This document shows, piece after piece, positions 1-8,970 of a DNA stretch of 24,559 nucleotides (position 1 is the first letter of the stretch; the number at the start of each line of letters is the position of its first letter). Below the pieces are notes generated by a model. The model saw nothing but the letters and a program-made list of their open reading frames with translations, searched no databases and was not told the origin of the DNA. The translations under genes and the position numbers were made by a program. Origin of the DNA: a virus (taxonomy: Duplodnaviria > Caudoviricetes); IMG/VR virus record IMGVR_UViG_3300005758_000141, positions 1-24,559 of that record; one strand, written 5' to 3'.

Positions 1-1311
1 AATCGCATTCAAGTATGAACGTGCTTCAAAATCAGACGTTGCACCAGAACCTTCAACGCGAATTGTCGGCGCAAGACGTTGACGAATAGAGTCCGCAAGT
101 TGTGCCGCCGTAGCAAGTTTATTTGCCGGAGTGCCTGGCAGATATGCGCCAATAGACGCCTGAAACTGGTCAAGCGGGCCGCCACGATATGGCTTAAGAA
201 CATCTACAATTGCCCTAACATCACCGGCTGCATTCATTGCAGAAAACGCAGCACCTTCAGCTTTTACAGCTTCTTTCCCACGCTCCTTAAACATTTCTTT
301 TTCGCCGGTAACGGCGACGTTTACATTAGTTTGTGGAGTGGAGAGTTTTTTGAAATCAGTGAAAGAACCAGTGTATCCGCCTTGTTGAGCAAATTTATAG
401 TTTCTAATTTGGTCAGTAGTAACATTCGCGTCTTTCAGAATGTTGTCTACTTTTGACGTAAATTGATCTGCCGTAAGCGCACCAGACATTGCAGCGCCTT
501 CAAGATTATCAAGACGAGCGTGATATTCTTTGGGAACTACTTTATACAGCGTGCTGAAGTCATAAACAGACGTAGAAAGCCTAGATATTTGTTCGTCAAT
601 AGTTTTAATTTGATCGATATTATTTTTAATCAGGCTTTGCGCACGTTCCATAGGAATGCCACTCAGTTCCTGATTGCGCCGCATCAAAATATCTTTTTGA
701 CGAAGCAAATTTGCTACTTCAGGATCAATGCCTTTAGCAGTAACAGGAACAGCAGGAAGAAGATTTTGATCTTGTCCTTGAGGCTGTTCAACCATTGGAG
801 CGCCACCAACCTCAACTGCTTGGGCAGGACTTGCAATAGGTTGTTGGGGCTGTTGTCCACCAACACGGCCTAGAGCCTCCATGATTGGAGCATTCAGCAC
901 CTGCTCAGTAGCTGCTTTAGCTGCGGCTGCTTCATCAATCGCAGCAATCGGGTAAAGATTCGGATATTTCTCTTGGAACTCTTGAAGTCCTTGAATTTTC
1001 ATCTGCGCTTGCTGACGCTTTAGAGCGGCATCAGCAATTTGCTGTTGCATCATCAAGTTCTGCGTAGCGCCTTGATATGCGCCTTGGCCAGCTTGGAAGC
1101 CACCAGCTAATGCGCCAAGAATGTTTTGAGCAGCAGTGCGACGCGGGCCAAGAGGAGACATGCCTTGCGCCAAAGACAGAGCAGCGCCAAGCAAACCTTG
1201 TACGTTAGCGCGTTTTTGCAATGCTGCGGTTTCTTGCTCTCCCAATAGACCTGGAAGATATTGCGGCATACCAGCGCCAAAAAAATCAGGGATGTAATCT
1301 TCAATAGCCAT
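1..1311 (-). CDS. Putative DNA ejection/internal virion protein (3'-truncated by the window edge, >437 aa); absent from the ORF track
   Basis: Manual translation from ATG at 1311 (SD-like AGGTGA upstream) is stop-free to base 1: MAIEDYIPDFFGAGMPQYLPGLLGEQE...QGLLGAALSLAQG...IRNYKFAQQGGYTGSFTDF...RVEGSGATSDFEARSYLNAI. It is Q/A/G-rich and sits at the P22 gp20/gp16-equivalent position. Confidence 0.8.
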   Translation of the reverse strand, partial: MAIEDYIPDFFGAGMPQYLPGLLGEQETAALQKRANVQGLLGAALSLAQGMSPLGPRRTAAQNILGALAGGFQAGQGAYQGATQNLMMQQQIADAALKRQQAQMKIQGLQEFQEKYPNLYPIAAIDEAAAAKAATEQVLNAPIMEALGRVGGQQPQQPIASPAQAVEVGGAPMVEQPQGQDQNLLPAVPVTAKGIDPEVANLLRQKDILMRRNQELSGIPMERAQSLIKNNIDQIKTIDEQISRLSTSVYDFSTLYKVVPKEYHARLDNLEGAAMSGALTADQFTSKVDNILKDANVTTDQIRNYKFAQQGGYTGSFTDFKKLSTPQTNVNVAVTGEKEMFKERGKEAVKAEGAAFSAMNAAGDVRAIVDVLKPYRGGPLDQFQASIGAYLPGTPANKLATAAQLADSIRQRLAPTIRVEGSGATSDFEARSYLNAI

Positions 1312-1318
1312 GTTTCAC

Positions 1319-1873
1319 CTATAGCAGTGACAGTTTACGCTGCTGCATAAACGGCTGTGTTGGCATAGCGCCCATCATATCAAGTTCTTGTTGGCGCCCA
1401 GCAATAAGACCACCAGAAGGCGGCGGCGGTGGCGGAGTAAGTGCATTCATTCCAGTGCTCATAGCCATATTTGCCAAATATGGATTTTGGCCAATCCACG
1501 AACTCAATCCGCCCATTCCAGCAGAAGTAGCACCAGCACCAAGACTAGACCCAAGCATAGACCCACTAGCAGCAAGTCCAGCTTGCCCAGCAGTCAGTCC
1601 AGTAGCAGCAGGAGCAAGGCCAAGACCAGTCATTGTTGGTGCAGCCAAACCAGCCCCGCCACCAAGTGTTAGCGCAGCTGTACCTGGAACAGATGCCGCA
1701 CCAGCAGTTCCAGCAGCAGTCCCTGCGGCTGCAGTTCCACCCATAGCACCTAGAGCAGCGCCACCGCCATAACCACCAGCAGCACCTAGAAGCGCACCCT
1801 TAAGAGGATCTTTTGGGATCATCGCAGCGCCAGCAGTAGCGCCTACAACTGCCATCGTTACAGGATCAGCCAT
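1319..1873 (-). CDS. Gly/Ala-rich putative ejection (pilot) protein
   Basis: 184 aa, MADPVTMAVVGATAGAA, long uncharged G/A tracts and a poly-Pro segment. TAATG overlap with the upstream gene; lies in the ejection-protein block. Confidence 0.7.
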   Translation of the reverse strand: MADPVTMAVVGATAGAAMIPKDPLKGALLGAAGGYGGGAALGAMGGTAAAGTAAGTAGAASVPGTAALTLGGGAGLAAPTMTGLGLAPAATGLTAGQAGLAASGSMLGSSLGAGATSAGMGGLSSWIGQNPYLANMAMSTGMNALTPPPPPPSGGLIAGRQQELDMMGAMPTQPFMQQRKLSLL

Positions 1874-2895
1874 TATTTACCACCTCCAGATGCGCTAACC
1901 GTACCCATTGGGTATCCGCTAATAGCGGATTGATACCGCTGAAGCTGTTGATACGGAAGATTTTGTTCATAATTCCAACGCGCCATTTGATCTTGCAGTG
2001 CAGCAGCATCGTAGCCTTCACGCGCTTGACCAACCATCAACAGACGCTGCAGATCAGCAAAGTCTTGTTCTGCAAGTTGCGGAGCCAATTCAGTTGCCTG
2101 TAGCTGACGATTCAAATCTGCTGCGCTCATTTGACCAGCAGCGCCAAGTGCAGCAAGTTGGTTAGCAATACCTTGCTGCGCGCCAGCAGACAAGCCACCA
2201 GCAGCAGCCATACGGTTAGCAAGTGCTTGTTGTTCGTAAACGCCAAGACGACCAATCGCTGCCTCTTGAGCAGCACGTTCGGCAGCATAGTTCTGGAGAT
2301 ATGCTTGTTGGTTTTGCTCCGTTAGCGCACGAGCAAATACGTCTTGACCTTTAGCAAGCTGCTGTCCCATCGCACCAGAGCCATAGCGACCCGCTGCAGA
2401 TGCTTGAGACTGCAAACCACGAAGTCCCTCTTGGTACGATTCAGTGGCAAGGCGGTTAGCACGAGACAAAGCGCCTTCAAGATACGGATTGGCGTTAAGG
2501 AATTCTCCAGACGCTGTGCGACGAGCCAGCGCCATAGCCTCAGGAGAGCCAGCACCGCCTTCCATAATGGAGCGATAGAACTCAGAGCTAGGATCTACCG
2601 TAGGCGATGCGCCCAATGCCGCGATCTGAGCTGCATACGGGTTTGTAGCGCCCATTAGTGCACCAGCAGATGCTTGCGCCTGACGAACCAGCGGAGAGCC
2701 AGCCATAGCTCGCTGCTCTGCAAGATTTAGTGCTTGAGTGGTAGCCTCAGAAGGAGAAATGTAAGTTTGGCCAGGAAAGAATTGCGGGCCACCAGATTCA
2801 TACAGCCTCTGAGCTTCGTTGTATCCTTGAAGAATAAAAGGCCGCGCCTCTTTCCAAGGCTTGGTAGTAGTAGTACCGCCGCCGCCACCGCCCAT
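1873..2895 (-). CDS. Putative DNA transfer/ejection protein
   Basis: 340 aa, Q/A/G-rich and helical. Starts MGGGGGGTTTT, contains NPY and AAGRYGSGA motifs, ends SGGGK. SD GAGGT upstream; follows the GNAT-like gene as P22 gp7 follows gp14. Confidence 0.7.
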   Translation of the reverse strand: MGGGGGGTTTTKPWKEARPFILQGYNEAQRLYESGGPQFFPGQTYISPSEATTQALNLAEQRAMAGSPLVRQAQASAGALMGATNPYAAQIAALGASPTVDPSSEFYRSIMEGGAGSPEAMALARRTASGEFLNANPYLEGALSRANRLATESYQEGLRGLQSQASAAGRYGSGAMGQQLAKGQDVFARALTEQNQQAYLQNYAAERAAQEAAIGRLGVYEQQALANRMAAAGGLSAGAQQGIANQLAALGAAGQMSAADLNRQLQATELAPQLAEQDFADLQRLLMVGQAREGYDAAALQDQMARWNYEQNLPYQQLQRYQSAISGYPMGTVSASGGGK

Positions 2896-2897
2896 AA

Positions 2898-3299
2898 TTA
2901 CACCTCACAAATGTATTGATTAGGACGGAATCCATAAACAGCCGCCCTTCGTTGCCAACCTCGACGATGGCTAGAAAACGTCAAATACTTAGCCCCAATT
3001 TGACTAGCTAAAGATTTTATGTATTTTAAGCCTTCGTCAACTATTTGATAATTATTTTCTAATGTCCAAGCAGCCCAAACATGAACTTTAGAATCATTAT
3101 TCTGTAATACAAAAAAACCAGCAAAACGCTGATTTTGTGTAATTACCCACAAAGACGATACGCCATTAAAACAATCTGTATATACATCTTCCGGCAGCCA
3201 ATCTTCAGGGCTGTGAGATTTAATTTCATCCAAACCGACGCGGATGCTCGGCCACCATTTTCTTAAATCTTTTCCAGCAATGTGCCTGAATTCAATCAT
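2898..3299 (-). CDS. GNAT-fold-like virion assembly protein (positional equivalent of P22 gp14/T7 gp13)
   Basis: 133 aa alpha/beta pattern (LWVI..FAGFFVL..VHVWAAW..GAKYLTFSSHRRGWQR..YGF) between tail and ejection genes. AT-rich. Confidence 0.55.
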   Translation of the reverse strand: MIEFRHIAGKDLRKWWPSIRVGLDEIKSHSPEDWLPEDVYTDCFNGVSSLWVITQNQRFAGFFVLQNNDSKVHVWAAWTLENNYQIVDEGLKYIKSLASQIGAKYLTFSSHRRGWQRRAAVYGFRPNQYICEV

Positions 3300-4084
3300 C
3301 CGACGACAATATATCCGTAAGTTTTATCAGCAGTACTATTAGCCCAATGAGTCAATGTAGCTTGCCCTTGTTGTTGTGCGCTAACGTACACATTAGAAGA
3401 TGCTGCTGGTGCAATGTATTGTACAGTGGTAATCACAGACGGAATAGCTGGCCTGGTTGGGCTAGTATCTGCTGCAAAATGCTCCATAGAAACATCAGTG
3501 CTGGTCGTTCGCCAATACAGTTCAATATATTGGCCAGCGGCAACGTCTACAAACAGATTCATTGACGCAATCAAATGGCTAGGATCGCCTGTGCTTTTTC
3601 TAGCTGGTATATGAAACCGGCTATTAGAGTCAGCGATATTGTTGCCGTTAAGCGCAAACCAAATGTCTACGTCCTGACCGTCATTTGATGCGTTTTTAAA
3701 CTGTGCTGAGAATTGCACGTTATAAACTCCAGCATTTCTAAAGTTTATGCGCGAAGAATTAGAAACGTAAACTCCATTTTCTTCGGCAGTTGAGTTATAC
3801 GTTACTGCGTATGCAGTTGTGGTAGATGCCGCTGTTTGGTCTACTGTTGAAAAAAATGAACCATAAGGCGCAGAGTCGTCAAAAGCCGCCGCAGATACTG
3901 GGACAAGGAAAATTAAACTATCGTAGCCAATACGCTCATCAAAAATGGTTGTCGTGGTTGCATTGCCAGTTGCGAGCGAAATTGTTCCGGTATTGTTTGT
4001 TTTTCCATCCATAATGCCGCGCACAATCTCTGCGACATTCCGAGGATCGTTGCCAAACATCGGCAATGTGCGAAACTTAGTCAT
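3296..4084 (-). CDS. Tail protein at the needle (gp26) position with an internal C1q/TNF-like beta-sandwich
   Basis: 262 aa. The segment YGSF..Q....AYAVTYN...NGV...RINF..AGVYNVQFSAQF...DIWFALNG...GQYIELYW matches a C1q/BclA-C-like strand pattern. Directly downstream of the gp10-like gene. Confidence 0.55.
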   Translation of the reverse strand: MTKFRTLPMFGNDPRNVAEIVRGIMDGKTNNTGTISLATGNATTTTIFDERIGYDSLIFLVPVSAAAFDDSAPYGSFFSTVDQTAASTTTAYAVTYNSTAEENGVYVSNSSRINFRNAGVYNVQFSAQFKNASNDGQDVDIWFALNGNNIADSNSRFHIPARKSTGDPSHLIASMNLFVDVAAGQYIELYWRTTSTDVSMEHFAADTSPTRPAIPSVITTVQYIAPAASSNVYVSAQQQGQATLTHWANSTADKTYGYIVVG

Positions 4085-5742
4085 CGCGTACCCTGCTGGA
4101 AGTATTCAACCTCAACGCCAACAGCCGTTGTCCAGCCAGTGCCAGTTGGCTTTACCCTGACTCGATGGTAATTTCCGTTAGACCGCAGAGAAACCCTATT
4201 CTCTGCATCAGCAGACACAAAATTACCGTAGCTTATGGTTTGGTCAAGCAGCACTCTAGAGCCAACAGCTACATCAGCAGAGCCATTATCCACAATAGGC
4301 TTTGCAAGGCTAATCATGCTGCGCCCAAAGTCCAAATCATTGGACGTTATGTATGCCGTTTGATTGCCACCAGTAAATCCATAAATCTGCTGCCCTTGTA
4401 CGCCACCCAAGAACCATGAGCCACCAGCATATGCCCGGTCGTCAAGGCTCGCAGTTAGATTATCAATAGAAGGCAGCGATATTACGCAGTTTGACGTAGA
4501 AATAGCGCCACTAGCCACGGTTGTTAGCGTAAACGTATTAGCATCAACTACCGTAATTTGGTAAAAGCCATCGGCCGCACCCCCGCTAGTTGCGTCAAAA
4601 TAAACAAACGCATTAGTTTGCAGTTTATGTGCCGTTAGCGTTACCGTAACTGTCGTCCCAGTTCGCTCATACGTGCCATTTTGTGTGTTTTGGCCTGGCG
4701 TAATCGAAATCTTATCAAGACTTTCAAGCGTAGAAGATGAAGTGACCAAATACGCCAGCGATTCAATGTTTTCTTCAGAGTAAGACCACTTATCAACCTG
4801 AGCGTTGTAAATCAGCAGCTTGTTACCAGAGTTAGTTGGCACAATCCATAGAATCAACGAGCGCACAGGATCAATCGTCGCACTCATCTGCGATTGAATA
4901 AGGTCAGGCGCGGCGTTAGCAAAGAACCAACGATTAACTTTCTCTGCTCCAATTGGCGTAACACTTTGGCCGTTACATACGTAAAAGCCATCATCAGCAA
5001 GAAAGTACGTTTTGTCTGCTAGTTGAGCGATTGAGCCGTTAGAGATACATCCAATGGCCCTAGAAATAGCATCAAACTGGAAAAAGAACGGACTGCCGGA
5101 ATACGTCATCCGGTAAATTGCGCGCTCAAGGAACACTAGACCGTACTCTCCGCCAGCCAAACCAGTAATATCACCACCATCAGGCAATACCTGCGAATCT
5201 GCTTGGCTAGAAGATGCTGGAGTCCAATTGGTTTCGTTGTTAATGTCGCACCAATAAACGGTGGACTCTGCTCCAGCAACACTGCCAGCGACAATGAAAT
5301 CACGAACAACTGTTACATATTTAGCTGTAGGCGCATCAGCCGATAAATCATCAAACGCAGACGATCCAGACAAGCTATAAGACTGAAGTTTATTTGTTCC
5401 GTTAGCTAGAATCATTTTTGGGCCAAACTGCGTTACATCCCACGATGTTGCAGCATAGCCACCAGCCTTAGACACGTCAACGTAGTCGTTAGTCCCTGCG
5501 TCAAACTTGTAAATTGCCGCAGAAGAAGCCGCAAATAGATTGTTTTGACCAGAAAACTTACCTGCAAATGCTATTTGTAATGTTTCACCTGCTGTTGTTT
5601 CAGCATTTGGATATGGCTCAATAGATTTAAGTGACGCATATCCATTGGCAACTGGATAGCAATTAACAGCCTCAGTTACGCTACCAGCAATGCCCGGCTG
5701 GTCTGGAGTCCACTCACCAAAAATTATCCTTGTTTTAGCCAT
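4081..5742 (-). CDS. Tail hub/nozzle (P22 gp10-like DNA stabilisation protein)
   Basis: 553 aa, beta-propeller-like. FGEWTPDQP N-terminus; GLVFLERAIYRMTY and GCIS.GSI......YFL.DDGFY...G....PIG motifs; expected position. Confidence 0.75.
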   Translation of the reverse strand: MAKTRIIFGEWTPDQPGIAGSVTEAVNCYPVANGYASLKSIEPYPNAETTAGETLQIAFAGKFSGQNNLFAASSAAIYKFDAGTNDYVDVSKAGGYAATSWDVTQFGPKMILANGTNKLQSYSLSGSSAFDDLSADAPTAKYVTVVRDFIVAGSVAGAESTVYWCDINNETNWTPASSSQADSQVLPDGGDITGLAGGEYGLVFLERAIYRMTYSGSPFFFQFDAISRAIGCISNGSIAQLADKTYFLADDGFYVCNGQSVTPIGAEKVNRWFFANAAPDLIQSQMSATIDPVRSLILWIVPTNSGNKLLIYNAQVDKWSYSEENIESLAYLVTSSSTLESLDKISITPGQNTQNGTYERTGTTVTVTLTAHKLQTNAFVYFDATSGGAADGFYQITVVDANTFTLTTVASGAISTSNCVISLPSIDNLTASLDDRAYAGGSWFLGGVQGQQIYGFTGGNQTAYITSNDLDFGRSMISLAKPIVDNGSADVAVGSRVLLDQTISYGNFVSADAENRVSLRSNGNYHRVRVKPTGTGWTTAVGVEVEYFQQGTR

Positions 5743-6194
5743 ATATCACTTCCAGCAACTTGTTTTGTCCATTCTTCGCCAAAGATATAGCCAATGGCAG
5801 ATACGTTTGCGGCACTTTGCATAGAAGATGAGGCAAAGTGATTAACAAAAGCCACGCACGAAACCGTAGCTTTGCTAGTAATTTCGATAGGCTGCTCTGC
5901 GTCTATAAAACCATCAGCAGCAACAGTTGCACTAGACGTAATCGCCGCAACACCATTAAGTAGGAATCCACCATTAGCCGCAACAGTAGCCGCGCTAGTA
6001 ATTGAAGCATTTGCTTCAACTATGCGATAAGCCAGCGCACTTACTGTAGCGCGTCCGGTAATTGCAGCAGAACCTTCTACAGCGCCAGAAGTTGCTGTAA
6101 CTATTGCTCGGCCTAAAATGGCCGCTGATGCCTCAACTATCCTTTCGCCAGTTGAGGATATTGGCGCTGCTGATAGTGGCGTAAAACCTAGCAT
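5724..6194 (-). CDS. Ala/Ser/Thr-rich repetitive tail-associated protein
   Basis: 156 aa, MLGFTPLSAAPIS N-terminus, ~6-7 imperfect repeats of (E)ASAAITGRATV. Confidence 0.65.
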   Translation of the reverse strand: MLGFTPLSAAPISSTGERIVEASAAILGRAIVTATSGAVEGSAAITGRATVSALAYRIVEANASITSAATVAANGGFLLNGVAAITSSATVAADGFIDAEQPIEITSKATVSCVAFVNHFASSSMQSAANVSAIGYIFGEEWTKQVAGSDIWLKQG

Positions 6195-6653
6195 TTACGG
6201 CTCCTGCGGCCAAACAACATTCCACGGGAATCCGACTTGAGCGGTCATATCTCGGAGCGCCTGGCGGTACTCTGCCCATGCCAGCTGATCAACCGGCGCA
6301 TCTAGAACCTGAGTCCAGTCGGATGCGGACAGCATAGAATTTCTTTCACGCCGAATCGCGGCGGCTTTTTCTGATTCAGATTGTGCCACCTCGTCAGCAG
6401 TTAATTCACGCATCAACCACTGAGTTTCCCACCGCTCGCGTTCTGCGTTGTATGCGCAGCCAGCCGATTCAACTATATGTGTTGCCGTGTCATGCTCCGG
6501 TGCGCCTGTGACTACCACTGGAACGACACCGAACTCGGCGTACAGTGCAGCAGACGGGACAGCCGGAAATGACGTGTTTGGATTGTCGCGGCGCAGGTCG
6601 TCCGTCGTGTACGGAAATTGCACGACCCCGCCGCCGATAACTTTTGCGTACAT
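6195..6653 (-). CDS. Phage tail fibre assembly chaperone
   Basis: C-terminal R..RN..L..SDWTQ..DAP.....WA.YRQALRD..Q.GFP....WP.EP signature; directly follows the fibre genes. Confidence 0.85.
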   Translation of the reverse strand: MYAKVIGGGVVQFPYTTDDLRRDNPNTSFPAVPSAALYAEFGVVPVVVTGAPEHDTATHIVESAGCAYNAERERWETQWLMRELTADEVAQSESEKAAAIRRERNSMLSASDWTQVLDAPVDQLAWAEYRQALRDMTAQVGFPWNVVWPQEP

Positions 6654-7906
6654 TATGTGAGACTCCGTGTTGGTTTAATCGCAAGCATGATGCCGGCGAC
6701 GTTGGTTGTGCTGCCGGTGGTAATCAAGCGTATTCCGGCTGGGCCTTTTGCTACTGCCTGTGAGCAGACGATGTAGCTAGGCGCGGTTGCGTCGGCGTCT
6801 GTTACCCTAGCGGTCATACTGGTCGGTGTACCGAGTGTGATAGACGCTGCCGCACGCGCCCCAACAGCAATCAAAATCGATTGACTTTGGCTCGGGCTGA
6901 TTGATGTCAGGGCTAGTGGGTTTGCCTCCGATGTGAAATCCCCTGCGATAGTGTCGTAGGCAGCGTACCGGTACGTCAAAATTGCTCCGGAGAGTAGGGT
7001 TGTAGCTGAACTACTGGTAAATGTATAAGAACTTGGTTCACTGCTTGCAGTCTTGTATGCAATGCGCAATGCAGTAGGAAGCGACGAATCAGCCACTTCC
7101 GTCCATCCAGTGTCACCAGACCAAAGTCTTCCCGTTCCTGTCGTATCTGAACACATAATGGCAATCATTAGATCGCCATCAACCGTTCCTGCTGGTTTGC
7201 TGATAACAAGACTGGCCGTATTAACCGTGTTTTGCGTGGACGCGCTTGCAACAAACGTCGGCTCCACATCAGGCTCGTTGGTGACTTGAAATTGAATAGC
7301 TGCAACCTGTCCCGAAACACTCCACACCAAAGACGCCGCGCTAGTAGCCGACGCCGCTTGATTAGCAAAGTCGTAAACCCCCATTGCGGCAGTCGTCCCG
7401 GACTGAAGTGCGCGTTGCGTAAAGCCCGCTGGTGGGGTTGACACCGTTGACGATGTTTCATTGGAGAACATTGCGCACAGCGTGCCGGTGTAAGTCGGCG
7501 TGATGCTGGCTGCGGTGGCCGTTGCGGAAGCTGCGTTTCCAAACGTGCCTACGGTGTTTACTCTGGTTGCATTCCGGTAGACCAAAATCGCGACGGAGTT
7601 AGCAGCAGCTTGATCGAAGGTGAACGTGTAGTTGCCACTTTCAGAAGCCGCCGTTTTTGTTGCAAGAACAAAATAATTGTTGGCTGTTTCAGTTTCGGTC
7701 AAACGCGACCAGCCGGACGGTAGCGTGATTGGTCCCGCAGTAGGATCGGTGTTGAACAGAACCGCTACAAGCAAATCACCGTTTTGTATACCGGTCGGCG
7801 CTGTAACCGTATTGCCAGCAGTCGTGGTGCGGTTGATGCTACTCGACACAAACGTTGGCTGCGGCCGTGCAGCTGCAGCACCGCCCAGTAACTTAGCGGC
7901 CAGCAT
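6653..7906 (-). CDS. Putative receptor-binding/tail fibre tip protein with two tandem homologous beta domains (417 aa)
   Basis: True start is likely the ATG at 7906 (MLAAKLLGG), TAATG-coupled to the upstream stop, rather than 7954. Duplicated domain starts PTFVSSS..APTGIQNGDLLVAVL and PTFVASA..KPAGTVDGDLMIAIM; S/T-rich. Confidence 0.7.
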   Translation of the reverse strand: MLAAKLLGGAAAARPQPTFVSSSINRTTTAGNTVTAPTGIQNGDLLVAVLFNTDPTAGPITLPSGWSRLTETETANNYFVLATKTAASESGNYTFTFDQAAANSVAILVYRNATRVNTVGTFGNAASATATAASITPTYTGTLCAMFSNETSSTVSTPPAGFTQRALQSGTTAAMGVYDFANQAASATSAASLVWSVSGQVAAIQFQVTNEPDVEPTFVASASTQNTVNTASLVISKPAGTVDGDLMIAIMCSDTTGTGRLWSGDTGWTEVADSSLPTALRIAYKTASSEPSSYTFTSSSATTLLSGAILTYRYAAYDTIAGDFTSEANPLALTSISPSQSQSILIAVGARAAASITLGTPTSMTARVTDADATAPSYIVCSQAVAKGPAGIRLITTGSTTNVAGIMLAIKPTRSLT

Positions 7907-8967
7907 TACGCGTTCCCCACGCGTGCGCCGTACACCTGGCCGCCGACTTTCCACAACACGATTACCGTGTAGCCGCTAGTGTTCAGAGTCGGGGCGCTTC
8001 CGCTGTCGGTTTTCCATACTACCCCCGATCCGCCGAACGTAGCATCAGTCCACGTTAGTGTGTAAGCAGTACCATCATCTACCATTAGCGTTACAGACTC
8101 GCCGTTAGTGAAGTTAGTAGCTTTCGGAGTGCGCGATGCGCCAAGCGTAATTAGCTGAATCGAGCCATTGCCGGGATCAATTTCAAACGCTGCTCCATCA
8201 GTAATCGTGAAAATATCCTCAAGGATAGTCCCAATGATTGCCGGATCACTCAGAGTTTTATTCGTAAGCGTTTGAGTGTCAGTCGTTCCAACCACTACGC
8301 CAGATGGGATAACCTTTTGTGCTGCAGAGCCATCAATGTTGCCAGATGCGTTTGACAGAACAAAACTAGATGCAGCAATACCGGATACCGTATTGTTGTC
8401 TACGCTAATTGTTTTGTTCGTCAGAGTTTCACTACCAGCTAGAGTAGCAAAATCCGCATCAGTTACAGCAGTATTAAACTCTGCAATGGTTCCAGATACA
8501 GTGTTACTACCCAAAGCAATGGTTTTGTTCGTCAGAGTTTGGCTATCGCTAGTTCCGACAACAGTACCACTTGGAGCAGTTTTACCAGCCCAAGTAGTCA
8601 AATCAGCGTCATAGGCTTGAACGTCAGTACCAATCTTTAGACCAACAACATCACCATTAGTATCTTTGTAAACTGCTTTTTCAGCAGGATATGTAACAAA
8701 AACGTCTTTAGTGCCAGCGCCAAAGTTAACTAGCGCATCACCATTAGATGATTCAAGCACTGTATCTCGCGATAGCGTGCCAGTCCCGACAGTACCAATG
8801 CCAACTTCCCACGCAGAATCCAGCGTAATGGCGTAATAGCAAGTATTACCGCTTCCAATCGCCGCCGAAAAGGTTTGATAACCAGTCGCAGCGCCGCCCA
8901 AAGTCAAAGTGCCTGTGCCGGTCGTGGTGGACGTTTCCTTCACCCGGTCAGCGATAACGAGCGCCAT
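7906..8967 (-). CDS. Tail fibre protein
   Basis: MALVIADRVKETSTTTGTGT N-terminus, IGTDVQAYDADL motif, three (S/T)(Q/E)TLTNKT repeats, and a C-terminal beta domain. Confidence 0.8.
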   Translation of the reverse strand: MALVIADRVKETSTTTGTGTLTLGGAATGYQTFSAAIGSGNTCYYAITLDSAWEVGIGTVGTGTLSRDTVLESSNGDALVNFGAGTKDVFVTYPAEKAVYKDTNGDVVGLKIGTDVQAYDADLTTWAGKTAPSGTVVGTSDSQTLTNKTIALGSNTVSGTIAEFNTAVTDADFATLAGSETLTNKTISVDNNTVSGIAASSFVLSNASGNIDGSAAQKVIPSGVVVGTTDTQTLTNKTLSDPAIIGTILEDIFTITDGAAFEIDPGNGSIQLITLGASRTPKATNFTNGESVTLMVDDGTAYTLTWTDATFGGSGVVWKTDSGSAPTLNTSGYTVIVLWKVGGQVYGARVGNA

Positions 8968-8970
8968 AGA

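Noticed and set aside
79-873. Plus-strand ORFs 79-456 and 463-873, and short minus-strand ORFs 9-203 and 1107-1304
   Set aside because: All overlap the long minus-strand frame 1311 to <1, which has an SD and protein-like composition.
7907-7954. N-terminal extension MESRRPGVRRTRGERV of the 433-aa ORF
   Set aside because: Overlaps the fibre gene; the ATG at 7906 gives a canonical TAATG coupling.
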